The position numbers were made by a program, and so were the translations under genes. Under the pieces are notes generated by a model. It had not been told where the DNA came from and did not search any database. It saw nothing but the letters and a program-made list of their open reading frames with translations. This document shows, piece by piece, positions 1 through 9,815 of a stretch of 64,000 nucleotides of DNA. Position 1 is the first letter of the stretch. Each line of letters begins with the position of its first letter. Origin of the DNA: Chloroflexota bacterium. Lineage in GTDB: Bacteria; Chloroflexota; Dehalococcoidia; UBA2979. The stretch is from assembly GCA_027593235.1 (NCBI GenBank), contig JAQCIU010000001.1, forward strand, positions 1 through 64,000, in the 5' to 3' direction.

Positions 1-67
1 AGAGCAGGACGATGATCTTCAACGCGTCAGGTCGAGTGTTGACGCCGTTGATCACGTCGTTCCGCGC
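1..67 (-). pseudogene. Fragment of a probable vWA-domain protein; 5' part missing, runs off the window edge
   Basis: Minus strand reads ARNDVINGVNTRPDALKIIVLL, resembling the vWA 'RPxAxKxIVLLxDG' segment; abuts a plus-strand GNAT fragment. Confidence 0.45.
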
Positions 68-535
68 TCGCTCCCGCAGCACGACCTCGTCTTCCTCCAC
101 CGCGACATCACCGATGCCGATCAGGTCGCCGCCTGGATCGAGGCGATCGAGCAGGGTCTCGAGGGCGTCATCCTCGCCGTCACCGACGGAGCCGTGCTCG
201 GCTACTCCTCCGTCTCCCGTAGCCCCGTCGCGTGGTCCCGCCACGTCGCCGAGCTGCGCGTCGTCGTCGGCCCCGACGCCCGCGGTCACGGCCTCGGCCG
301 CGCCCTCACTGCCGAGGCCTTCCGCATCGCCGAGGACCTCGGCGTCCGCAAGATGGTCGCGCAGATGACGATCGACCAGCAGGGCGCGCTCCGCACCTTC
401 AAGCAACTCGGCTTCACCTCGGAAGCGCTGCTGCACGACCACGTCCTCGATGCCGACGGCACCACGCTCGACCTCGTCGTAATGAGCCAGGACGTCGCCG
501 CCTTCGCCACCACGCTCGCCAACCTCGAGGACTAG
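62..535 (+). CDS. GNAT family N-acetyltransferase, N-terminus apparently truncated
   Basis: Frame reads RSLPQHDLVFLHRDIT...VVVGPDARGHGLGRAL (acetyl-CoA motif)...FKQLGF; no start codon upstream of the GNAT-like sequence (first in-frame GTG at 194 is internal). Confidence 0.75.
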   Translation, partial: PRSLPQHDLVFLHRDITDADQVAAWIEAIEQGLEGVILAVTDGAVLGYSSVSRSPVAWSRHVAELRVVVGPDARGHGLGRALTAEAFRIAEDLGVRKMVAQMTIDQQGALRTFKQLGFTSEALLHDHVLDADGTTLDLVVMSQDVAAFATTLANLED

Positions 536-790
536 CGCCCGCGAGAGCAGGGCGGGATCGGCGGGCATGCGCGCGAGGGCCGTTCGCGCGCTCGTCGAAC
601 CGCGAACGAATCCGGTGGTCGAATCCGCATCCGACTTCGTCTCGCGCTCTCGTTTGTGGAGGCCCAAGCAACGGGAATCCTATGCAGCGGTTTGCGTGTC
701 GAAGGAGTGGGGCAGGGGGTAGCGCCCCGTGATGGCAGTTCGCCATCCCTCCTCTACGGTCGCCGGGAAGACTAGGAAAGCAGGCTCCCA

Positions 791-1042
791 ATGCCATTGT
801 TCATGGACACCCATCACGCGATCGATGGCCTCACAGCCGAAGCGGTCGCGGATGCCCACAAGGCGGACCTGGCCACACAGGCAAAGCATGGCGTCGACTA
901 CAAGCAGTACTGGTTCAACCCGACCACCGGCGATGTCTACTGCCTGGTCGAGGCACCCAACGCCGAGGCGGCCGCGTTGGTGCACAAGGAAGCACACGGT
1001 CTCGTCGCCGATGAGATCGTCGAGGTTCAGGAAGGCCACTAG
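791..1042 (+). CDS. DUF4242 / SCO4226-like nickel-binding small protein
   Basis: MPLFMDTH...AVADAHKADLATQAKHGVDYKQYW...VYCLVEAPNAEAAALVHKEAHGLVADEIVEV matches the family pattern. Confidence 0.85.
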   Translation: MPLFMDTHHAIDGLTAEAVADAHKADLATQAKHGVDYKQYWFNPTTGDVYCLVEAPNAEAAALVHKEAHGLVADEIVEVQEGH

Positions 1043-1057
1043 GCCGGACCGTCGCCG

Positions 1058-1102
1058 GTTGCTTGAGAAGGCCCATCAGACGGCAGGGTCTTCTCAAGCA
1101 AC
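1058..1102. terminator. Strong stem-loop downstream of the DUF4242 gene
   Basis: GTTGCTTGAGAAGGCCC-11 nt-GGGTCTTCTCAAGCAAC, 17-bp stem with one G-U pair. Confidence 0.5.
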
Positions 1103-1379
1103 GATATCTCCTCGCCCCGCGCAGCAGGCCGCGGGCGTTAGCCGCTCGGGAGAGCCGTTTATCTGTCGGTCTGGGCCAGCCAGCACCGCGATGCCCCGTG
1201 TTCTCTGGTCGAGACCGCTCGCCTCCGCGGTCGGCGCGATTCACATCACCACGGCGGACTTCGACTGATCCTCGCCCGTTGAGCCGCGCTGTCTTCGCGA
1301 CCGCCGCCGAGGTTGCCCCTTCGCGGTTCCTTCCGGCTGTCGATGATCCGCTGAGACCGGCCCGTGAAGGGGTATTGCC

Positions 1380-1875
1380 GTGGCGTCCAGCGAACGAGAC
1401 CCCGACGAGTACGTTGCGCGCGGCGCGACGATCGCCGATGGACCGGAGATGCTCCGGGTGCTGGTCGCCGCCTTCGGACGCTGGCCAGAGGTAGAACTCG
1501 CCTGTTCGGCGCTCGACTACCTCGACTGGAAGATGGCGGCACCGGGGATCACCCCCTGGCATCACACCGTCGTGACGCGTGCCGACCACGTGGTCGCCGT
1601 GACCCTGACCTGGGTCGCGGATGGGCAGCTCAACGGCACCCCCACCGCCGTGAGCCACACGGTCGACCTGGCTGTCGATCCAGCCCATCAGGGCCACGGC
1701 CTCGGCCGGATGATTCAGCAGCGCGCCCGCGGGGAGTCCGTGCTGGGTGAGATCGGCATGGACCTGATCTCGAAGAGCGACGCCGTCGGGCATATGTACG
1801 CCGCCGACGAGATCGTCGAGCGTCCGCTCCACACCTGGGTCCGCCCGATCAGCGCCCGCGCCACCGCGGCACGCG
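1380..1875 (+). pseudogene. GNAT-family protein, 3' truncated
   Basis: YLDWKM...HTVDLAVDPAHQGHGLGRMIQ motif; after WVRPISARATAARG the frame reads as the antisense of the opposite gene. Confidence 0.6.
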
Positions 1876-2110
1876 GCGCTGCCACCGGCCAGCCCACCTC
1901 GATGTCCATCTGCCCGCCGCCGAAGGAGAACGTCCGCACAAACGGCATCCCGCTCGGCTCCACGCCGCTCGCGCGGATTCCCGCGAGCGTCTGCTGCAGC
2001 CAGTCCGGAATCCGGTGCGTCTCGGACATCCGGATCTGGTGGCGCACCACCGCGGTGTGCTGCTCGATCAGCTCTCGTCCCTCGATCGCTTCGATCACGT
2101 TCAGCTCCAT
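1872..2110 (-). pseudogene. GyrI-like small-molecule-binding protein, 3' truncated
   Basis: EQHTAVVRHQIRM...IRASGVEPSGMPFVRTFSF...DIEVGWPVAAP is the first half of a GyrI domain; the second half is replaced by antisense GNAT sequence. Confidence 0.6.
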
Positions 2111-2251
2111 CGGGACGCAAGTTCGGGGAGGTGGGGAGGAGGGCAGCGTACCGCGTGGCGCTGTGTCACCGGCGGCCAGCCGACTGCGTCCGCCGGGTGG
2201 CGATCGAGAACGGGTGTAATGTCAGATCGCCAAGTTCTATCGGAGGACGAG

Positions 2252-2485
2252 ATGAGTTTGCTCGATCGAGTCCGTGGCCTGATGGGAAAGTCGGGCGGCA
2301 CCGCTGCTGCCGGTCCCTCTCACGAATGCACGCACGCTTCGCTGACCCCGCACTGGGACGACAGCGCGGACATGGGTGACGAGACGAAGGCCAGCGCTTT
2401 CATCTGTAATTCATGCCAGGAGCGCCTCACCCCCGCCGAGGCGGGCTGGGCCCGCAAGCGTGCCGTGGAACAGCTCCGCCGCTAG
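2252..2485 (+). CDS. Small putative Zn-binding protein (HECxH...CxxC), 77 aa
   Basis: GGAGGA RBS at 2242-2247; clear paralog at 61518..61754. Confidence 0.75.
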   Translation: MSLLDRVRGLMGKSGGTAAAGPSHECTHASLTPHWDDSADMGDETKASAFICNSCQERLTPAEAGWARKRAVEQLRR

Positions 2486-2642
2486 CGCACCGCGTTCGTG
2501 GTCGGGGCCGATTTCGAGGCCCGGTCGAGCCCCCCGCTGCTGCCTGTGCGACGCGCCTCCTCGTCAGGCACCCACCACGCCCGGCTGCCCACTTGTGCTC
2601 CGCTCGATCTCGGCGTTCCGTAGATCGAGGTCAGGAGGACCG

Positions 2643-3893
2643 ATGGACGCCGGATCTCGTCGCCCGCGCCGCACCCAGGGATGGGGCTCAGCGCGTGTAC
2701 TGACCTCGCTGCTCGGCCTGTCGCTGTTCCTGGCGGTGCTGCTGCCGGCGGTGCCCGCGCTCGCCGCGACCACGGGCTGGGTCGACACCGGTGGAGACTG
2801 CCTCAAACTGCGCAGTGCCCCCGGCCTCGCCTCATCGAGCATCCGTTGCCTCGATCACGGCACCCAGATCGCGCTCCTCGAGGGCGTGCAGGTCCTCGAT
2901 GGATTCACCTGGCAAGAGGTCGAGCACGCCGGCGACACGGGCTGGGTCGCGAACTTCTACATCACGACCAATCCGGACGATGTCCAGGTGATCCAGGAGC
3001 CGGTCACCTCGAATGCCAGTGGCCTGACCGCGCCGCCCGTCGGCGGTCTCACCGTCGGCGTCACCACGGAAACGAATCCCGCCGCGCTGGCAGCGGCTCA
3101 GGGCTACCCGGTGGCCGGCATCTGGGCGCTGGAGATCGAATCGCAGGTCCTGCGGCAGTACCTCCCGGGCGCGCCCTCGTTTGTGAACACGCTGACCTCG
3201 ATACCCGCGGGCAGCGTCGTGACCGTTCGGCGAGTGGGCACCCTCGCGGCGGCCGGAGCGCCGCCGGCGGCGTCACTCACCGTCGCCGGCACACCCAACC
3301 AGCTCACCACCCCGCCCGTCGGCGGCCTCACCCAGGGCATCAGCGGCACCACCGATCCGCGCTTCCTCGTCCAGGCGCAGCCGTTTACCGTGCTGAGCGT
3401 CGCCTTCTTCCACGTCGAATCTCAGCGCTGGCTGATCTACTTGCCCGGCGCGCCTGATCACGCGCAGTCGCTGCAGCAGGGTCAGCTCCGCGTCAACAGC
3501 GTGGTCTCGGTCAGCCGTGGTCCCGATGACCCCAACCGTCCGACGGTCACCGGACCCACGTTCACGCCCGGCGTCCCGTTCCAGACCTCGATCACCTACT
3601 ACTACTGCGTACCCGGCACCAACCCCGCCAGCGTCGGCGACGGCGGCGGCTACTGCGGCGGCATGGCCAATGGCGAGACGGTCCACGACGGCGCTGCCGC
3701 CTGTGCCCCGGCCGCCCTCGGCCAGCGCTTCACCATCGAGGGCGATCCGACCGCGCGCACCTACACCTGCACGGATACCGGCGGCTCGGTGCTCCAGGAC
3801 CACCGCGACATCTGGTTCATGAGCAGCGACGAGGGCTATGCCTGGTGGGTGCAGGTCGGCGGAACCGCGAACATCACGATCGTGGCGGACTAA
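2643..3893 (+). CDS. Secreted protein: SH3b domain + two internal repeats + C-terminal 3D-like domain
   Basis: Signal peptide; CLKLRSAPG...WQEV...GWVA (SH3b); duplicated PPVGGLT...YLPGAP unit; TDTGG...HRDIW (3D-like). Confidence 0.75.
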   Translation: MDAGSRRPRRTQGWGSARVLTSLLGLSLFLAVLLPAVPALAATTGWVDTGGDCLKLRSAPGLASSSIRCLDHGTQIALLEGVQVLDGFTWQEVEHAGDTGWVANFYITTNPDDVQVIQEPVTSNASGLTAPPVGGLTVGVTTETNPAALAAAQGYPVAGIWALEIESQVLRQYLPGAPSFVNTLTSIPAGSVVTVRRVGTLAAAGAPPAASLTVAGTPNQLTTPPVGGLTQGISGTTDPRFLVQAQPFTVLSVAFFHVESQRWLIYLPGAPDHAQSLQQGQLRVNSVVSVSRGPDDPNRPTVTGPTFTPGVPFQTSITYYYCVPGTNPASVGDGGGYCGGMANGETVHDGAAACAPAALGQRFTIEGDPTARTYTCTDTGGSVLQDHRDIWFMSSDEGYAWWVQVGGTANITIVAD

Positions 3894-3973
3894 CCGCGGT
3901 CCACCTCGGCGCGTCGTGCGCGGGTGTGCCCGCGGCGCCGTGGCCGCGATCGGGCCGCGATTGGACGGGGACG

Positions 3974-4603
3974 CTAGTAGACGCGGTTCTCGTAGTCGTC
4001 CTGGGCAGACTGGGCCATCTGCTCGCGGGTGATGCCGAGCTTCTGCAGCTCGCCGTGATCGAACATCACCTCGCCCATCTTCGGGAAGGTCGCGCGTTCG
4101 ATCTGCGCGTCCGCGTCCCACAGCCGTCCGCGCTTCGGCGCCTTGCCGCAATGGATGAACGCCTCCTCGACGTCCACGAGCATCGCCAACTGCGGCACGT
4201 TGCCGTTCACCTCCATCGTGGCGAGCAGCGCCGGGTCGACGGTCAGCGAGGCTTTGCCGTTGATCCGCATCGTCTCGTCCATGCCGGGCACGAAGCAGAT
4301 CAGGGCGACCGAGGGGTTCTGCAACACGTTGGTAAAGGTGTCCGCGCGGCGGTTTCCCTTGCGCTCGGGGATGGCGACGGTGTGGTCGTCCACGACCCGC
4401 ACGAATCCCGGCGGGTCGCCCTTGGGCGAGACGTCCATCCGCCCCTCGGCGTCGATGCTGGCGATCGTGAGAAAGGTCGACAGCGACAGGAAGTGACGGA
4501 TGTGCTCGTCGATCGAGGTCATCGCCTTGTCGTAGTTCACCGCGTGCGACTCGCCCATCAGCTCGCGGAATTGCTCGAGCGTCTGGATCGTGTGGTCGGC
4601 CAT
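3974..4603 (-). CDS. Pyridoxamine 5'-phosphate oxidase-like FMN-binding protein (MSMEG_1061 type)
   Basis: DVSPKGDPPGFVRV...PERKGNRRADTFTNVL...ETMRING...AFIHCGKA motifs. Confidence 0.85.
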   Translation of the reverse strand: MADHTIQTLEQFRELMGESHAVNYDKAMTSIDEHIRHFLSLSTFLTIASIDAEGRMDVSPKGDPPGFVRVVDDHTVAIPERKGNRRADTFTNVLQNPSVALICFVPGMDETMRINGKASLTVDPALLATMEVNGNVPQLAMLVDVEEAFIHCGKAPKRGRLWDADAQIERATFPKMGEVMFDHGELQKLGITREQMAQSAQDDYENRVY

Positions 4604-4772
4604 CGGAAATCCCTTCCGCGACACCTACCGCGGTCTCGCGACTGTCTCTCGGTGAAATGCTACCCGAATGTCGTTGCGCGCCGCCTCGTCAGCCGGCGTC
4701 ACCACCGAGGCCCCGCCGCATCCGAGGCCACGTCCACCAGGCCAGCGACGCGAGCGGAGCAGCACCAGCGCG

Positions 4773-6203
4773 TTAGTCCATGCGGCGGAGGGTGGGGACG
4801 AAGGCGGTCGCCAGGGCGGTGGTGGCGAGCAGCATGACGCCGAGGCTGGCGATCGCGACGCGGATGCCGACGAACTCGGCGGCGACGCCGACGAGGAAGG
4901 TGGCGCCCTGCATCATCGCCATCTGGGTCATGAAGACGGACATCACGCGACCGCGGTAGGCGTCCTCCACGTAGCTGTGGAGCAGGCCCTGGCTGAGCGC
5001 CATGCGGAAGGTGGAGCCCAACCCAACGATGGTGATGAAGACGGCCGCGAGCTTGTAGTTGTCGGTCATCGGGAAGAGAAGGACGCCGGTGCCGAGGATG
5101 GCGGCGCCGAGGAGGAAGAGCTTGCCGCGTCGCTGATCCGGGATGGTGGCGAGGAAGAGCGCGCCGACGAGGGCGCCGACGGCGCTGACGCTGAGCAGGA
5201 GCCCAGCCATCCGGGCGGCGTCTCCGGAGTTGTCGGTGAAGATATCGGCGACGTAGGCCGGGAGCAGGAACTGCAGGGGCATGCCGAAGGCGGAGGTGAG
5301 GAAGGTGATGCTGAGGATGACGAACATCCGCTGCTCACGCCAGATGTACTTCAAGCCGAGGCCGATATCGACGACGGCGCTGCGCCCAACCGAAGCGGCG
5401 CTCTGTCCGACCTCGCCGGGTGCGCTGGCGGGCTTCCAGGTGACCTGCGACATGGCCACCAGCGCGACGACGTAGAGCAGGGACATGGCGGTGAAGCCCC
5501 AGCCGAACCCGAACCAGCCGACGATGAACCCGCCGAGCGCCGGGGCGAAGAGGCGCATGGTCTGCATGCCCGCCATGTTGAGTGAGACCGCGTTCATCAG
5601 GCGGTCCATGCCGACGACGTCGGGGAGCATCGCCTGACGCGACGGCATCATCAGCGCCATGACGATGCCCTGAGCGGCGGCGGTGATGAGCAGCCACTCG
5701 ATCGTCATCAGGCCGGCGAAGGTGAGCGCGGCCATCACGGCGGCATTGATCAGGCTGGCGAACTGGCCCCACTGCATCACGGTCTTCTTGGGGAGGCGGT
5801 CGGCGATCACGCCGCCGAAGACGGCCAGGAAGAGCATCGGTAGCGCGCCGGCGAGCCCGATCAGCCCGAGGGCGGCGTACGAGCCGGTGAGTTCGTAGGC
5901 GAGCAGCGCACGGACGATGAGTTGCATATTCATCGACGCCATGTGGCCCAGCATCGAGATGTAGAACCAGCGGAACTCGCGGTCGTGGAACGATTCGAGG
6001 GTTCGCGGCAGGCGCCGGCCGCGCGGGGGCTCTGGCGCTTCGGGGCCCGAGGCTGGGCTCGGTTCGAGGCTCGCGTCGACAGCGGGCGCGGGGGCCGCGA
6101 CCGTGGTGCTACCCGGGAGGGTGTCGTCCACCAGTGGCGGGAGCGGTGCCGGCGCCGGGAGCACGATGGCTCCCACGCGTTCGCGGGGGTTGGACTGCGT
6201 CAC
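4773..6203 (-). CDS. MFS transporter
   Basis: About 12 hydrophobic segments; GGVIADRLPKK motif A; RGRVMSVF. Confidence 0.9.
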   Translation of the reverse strand: MTQSNPRERVGAIVLPAPAPLPPLVDDTLPGSTTVAAPAPAVDASLEPSPASGPEAPEPPRGRRLPRTLESFHDREFRWFYISMLGHMASMNMQLIVRALLAYELTGSYAALGLIGLAGALPMLFLAVFGGVIADRLPKKTVMQWGQFASLINAAVMAALTFAGLMTIEWLLITAAAQGIVMALMMPSRQAMLPDVVGMDRLMNAVSLNMAGMQTMRLFAPALGGFIVGWFGFGWGFTAMSLLYVVALVAMSQVTWKPASAPGEVGQSAASVGRSAVVDIGLGLKYIWREQRMFVILSITFLTSAFGMPLQFLLPAYVADIFTDNSGDAARMAGLLLSVSAVGALVGALFLATIPDQRRGKLFLLGAAILGTGVLLFPMTDNYKLAAVFITIVGLGSTFRMALSQGLLHSYVEDAYRGRVMSVFMTQMAMMQGATFLVGVAAEFVGIRVAIASLGVMLLATTALATAFVPTLRRMD

Positions 6204-6471
6204 AGGCTGCCTTCCGACGGCAAGTATGCACCTTGACGTGCAGGTAAGGGATTACAGCGCGATGACGGATGAGGTGCCGACCGGGAGCCGATCACGGACG
6301 TCGGCGAGGTCGTTGCCGGTGTCATTCCGCTACTGTGCGACCGGTTGAACTCAGCGCGACTGGGACGGGGCCGCCCCGGGTGACCGCCGGACCGCGCGCG
6401 TTCGAGGGCTGCGGCTGCGAAGGTGCGTGGGCGCGGTCGCCCATGCGGAACTCGACGACTGGAGGGGTGTG

Positions 6472-7542
6472 ATGGGAACAGTTCCCGCAGGCGGTACGGT
6501 CGCGGTCACCGGTGCCGCCGGCTACATCGGCGGCTGGGTGGTGCGACGGCTACTCGATCGCGGCTTCCGGGTCCGCGCCTGCGTGCGCGATCCCGAGGAC
6601 CTCGAGAAGACCGGGTTCCTGCGGGCGATGCCGGGCTACGCCTCGGGCCGGCTGACGCTGCACGCGGCAGACCTGGACAACGACGGCTGCTTCGACGAGG
6701 TCTTCAAGGGCTGTCAGGGCGTCTGTCACGTCTCGCACGTCAGCACCTACAGCGATGCCGAATACGTCCGCCGCGTCTGTGACCACATCATTGCCAGCGT
6801 GAACGGATCCGACTCGGTCAACCGCGTGATCGTCACCTCCAGCATCGCTGCGGTGATGGACGAATCCGACACGCAGGAGCTAGTGCGCCGCCCGGTGCTC
6901 TACGAGGACCGTTTCCCCGACGAGCAAAACCCGCGCCGCACGCCCGAACGCAAGGGCTACTCGATGGGCAAGGTGATCGCCGAGCGCGCCTTCGCCGAGG
7001 CAGCCGAGGCCAGCGGTCGCTGGGATGCGATTACCTGCTGCCCCGCCGACAACATCGGGCCGATCCAGTCACCCCACCAGCGGAAGGGCGCCTGGCAGAA
7101 CGGCATCGCCAACATGCTGGAGGGCGAGTACACGCAAACCGCCGCCTACCGGCCGTGGATGACCGTCGACGTGCGCGACGTTGCCGACACGCAGGTCGGG
7201 CTCCTTGAAAGCGTCGAGGTGCAGAACGGCCAGCGCTACATCTCCTGGTCCACCGACAAGATCGACGTCGAGGATGTCTGCGCGAGCATCGACCGCGTCC
7301 TGCCGGAGCTGGGCCACGACGCTCCCGAGGTCACCGATACCTCTCCGGAGCGGATCCAGGCACGCGAGGCGGAACTGCGCGCGATCTGGGAGGGCACGGA
7401 ACTGCGCAACGACCGCGTCGTCGCGGTGCTCGGCCAGGAGTTTCATTCGTTCGACGAGTCGCTGCGGGACTGCGTGGAGTCGCTGATCACCCTCGGTGGT
7501 GTGGAGGTGCGGCGGCGCGAGGGGTTCGGAGCGCCGGCGTAG
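6472..7542 (+). CDS. NAD-dependent epimerase/dehydratase (extended SDR, dihydroflavonol reductase-like)
   Basis: VTGAAGYIGG Rossmann motif, TSSIAA, YSMGK (YxxxK), VDVRDVA. Confidence 0.85.
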   Translation: MGTVPAGGTVAVTGAAGYIGGWVVRRLLDRGFRVRACVRDPEDLEKTGFLRAMPGYASGRLTLHAADLDNDGCFDEVFKGCQGVCHVSHVSTYSDAEYVRRVCDHIIASVNGSDSVNRVIVTSSIAAVMDESDTQELVRRPVLYEDRFPDEQNPRRTPERKGYSMGKVIAERAFAEAAEASGRWDAITCCPADNIGPIQSPHQRKGAWQNGIANMLEGEYTQTAAYRPWMTVDVRDVADTQVGLLESVEVQNGQRYISWSTDKIDVEDVCASIDRVLPELGHDAPEVTDTSPERIQAREAELRAIWEGTELRNDRVVAVLGQEFHSFDESLRDCVESLITLGGVEVRRREGFGAPA

Positions 7543-7576
7543 GCGTGGGGCGCGAGTCCGGTCGTCCCCATGGCGG

Positions 7577-8293
7577 CTAGGCGAGGGTTGCCTTGCCGTC
7601 CTCGAAGGTGGGGTACTTCAGCGTCTCGATCAGCTCGGCGCGGGCGCGAGTGGTGTCGCCGTAGTACGAGACGCGACCGATCTCGACGAATTCGCGGGTG
7701 AGCGGTGAGGGCTTCCGCAGGACCGTGGCGCCGACCTCGCAGAGGCCCGCCGCGAGACGGATCAGCCACACCGGCATGCGCCACGGGCGGCGAACACCCC
7801 AGACATCGCAAGCCTCGTCGAGGAACTCCTGGAGCGTGATCGGGTGCTCGTCGCCGATGTGGTAGATGCCTCGGATGCCGGGGCGGAGGGCGGCGGCGGT
7901 CGTGGCGGCGAGGTAATCGTCCGTCGAGATCAGCTGGATCGAGGTGGGGTCGCGCCAGACGCCGAGCAGGCGATGGCGGGCGAGCCAGCGGGCGCCGTCG
8001 ACCATGAGGATGCCGCGCCCGTAGACCATGCCGACGCGCAGCACGACCGGTTCCGTCGCGCTGCCCTCGGTGCGCTCGATCAGCAGACGTTCTTCCTCGA
8101 GGCGGGTGCGCGCGTGCGCCGAGATCGGGTTGCCGTCGAGACGGCCGGTGGCCGGGTGCTCGGGGGAGGTCGGGCCCTCGACGTGCGGGAAGGAGATGAG
8201 GACGACGCGTCGCACGCCGGCGGCGATGGAGGCCTCGAGGAGGTTGGAGAACCAGGCGGTGTTGGTGGTGGGGAGGAAGCGCTCCGGGCGGGC
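7577..8293 (-). pseudogene. NAD-dependent epimerase family protein, N-terminal Rossmann half missing
   Basis: RPERFLPTTNTAWFSNLLEA...RRVVLISFPHVEG...LRVGMVYG; no GxxGxxG before the upstream in-frame stop at 8351-8353. Confidence 0.65.
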
Positions 8294-8502
8294 TAGCGCA
8301 GCGCAATGCCGATGAGTCAGATGACGTGACCCGGATCCCAGCGTCCATGCTCAGGGAGTGGATCCCCCACTTCCAGCCTCCCGACGAGGACGAACTCGCA
8401 CCGAATGCTGGGTAGGCCAGACGTTCGCGGGAGGCCGAAGTACATCGAGGTCCGGCTCACCCAGACGCCCTCGGGGTTTGCGTACTTCGGGCGCTCCGAG
8501 GA

Positions 8503-9558
8503 TCAGCGAGCGAAGGGGCTGTCGATCGGCATCGCCGCGCCCGGACCGTCGGTGCGGACGCCCACCAGGTATCCGGGGATCGCAGCATCCAGGAGCCCGC
8601 CCTCGGTGGCAGCGCCGTCCACCCGCTGCCACTTGCGCAGGCTCACCACCTCCTGCGGGATCGGGAGGCGGGAGCCGAGCGCGGTGTAGGAGACTTCCGC
8701 GACATAGATCGAGCCTTCGGCGTCGACCGCGAGGCCGTGCGGTGAGATGAACTGATCGGGCGCTTCGCCGCCGGCGTCGTTGCCAAAGCGAGTCACCTCA
8801 TTCAGCTCGCGGTCCAGCACCGTGACCCTGCGCCCCAGCCGCTTCGCTGCCTCCATGAGCGGCACGCTGCGGCCCTCGGCAACGTAGATGTTGGTGTCGT
8901 CGCCCCGCCCGGCAAAGAGCGCCTGCGGCTTGTGCATGTGTTTCTGCGCCAGGAACTCGCCCTCCAACGTGAAGAGCTGAAGGCGGAAGTTCTCGCGATC
9001 CGCGACCAGCAGCTTGTCGTTCCCGACGAAGCAGATGGCGTGGGGCAGGCTGAACTGGCCTGGGCCATCCTCCGGCTCTCCCCACGACTTCAGGAGCTTC
9101 CCGTCCGCTGAGAAGTGGTGCACCGCGGAATTGCCGTAGCCATCAGAGACGAAAATCTCACCGCTGTCGGCGTGTACGGCAACCTGTGTCGGCTGGTTGA
9201 ACGGGATGCCGCTCTGCACCGGCGCAGGCACCCGTGGCTCGCCGATCTCCAGGAGCAGCGTTCCGTCCGGCCTCCGCTTCTGCACCGTGTGCAGGCCAAC
9301 GTCAGTGAGATAGAGGTTGCCCTCAGGGTCGAACGCGATGCCGTGCGGCCGCACGAACTCGCCCGCTCCCCAGCTGTCCAGGAAGTGGCCACCGGCGTCG
9401 AAGATCATCACCGGCCACTGACCGCGGTTGAACACATACACCCGCCCGTCCGGTGCGACGCCGACGGATGTGGCTTCTCGGAACGACATCCCGTGCGGGA
9501 TTGCGGGCCAGCCGATCACCGGCTCATAGCGTGTCAGTGGCGTTGCTGACGAGACCAT
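8503..9558 (-). CDS. NHL-repeat beta-propeller (peptidyl-alpha-hydroxyglycine lyase-like)
   Basis: Repeated PHGIA / FNQPTQVA / VSDGYGNSAVH / FSLPHAI / VADRENFRLQ blades; C-terminal ~30 aa may be foreign. Confidence 0.85.
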   Translation of the reverse strand: MVSSATPLTRYEPVIGWPAIPHGMSFREATSVGVAPDGRVYVFNRGQWPVMIFDAGGHFLDSWGAGEFVRPHGIAFDPEGNLYLTDVGLHTVQKRRPDGTLLLEIGEPRVPAPVQSGIPFNQPTQVAVHADSGEIFVSDGYGNSAVHHFSADGKLLKSWGEPEDGPGQFSLPHAICFVGNDKLLVADRENFRLQLFTLEGEFLAQKHMHKPQALFAGRGDDTNIYVAEGRSVPLMEAAKRLGRRVTVLDRELNEVTRFGNDAGGEAPDQFISPHGLAVDAEGSIYVAEVSYTALGSRLPIPQEVVSLRKWQRVDGAATEGGLLDAAIPGYLVGVRTDGPGAAMPIDSPFAR

Positions 9559-9815
9559 GGGCGGTTCCGATTTCCGTTGCACCCGCGATGCGAGGGAGAG
9601 TAGTTCCCCGCTCAGCATCGCCGAGATGCTACTGGATCCGCCTCCCCCGTCTCGGTGAACGAGGTGACGCGCGGTCGATCGCGGACGCCAGTCATCCCGC
9701 GCGCACGCCGTCACCGCCTGCGGCGCAGGATCGGCGGCACGGGCGGTCGTTACTGGGTCAGCCGGTCGGGTCCTCGAGGCCGTGTGGGGGATCGCCTCGA
9801 GAGTGGTGCGGTGTG

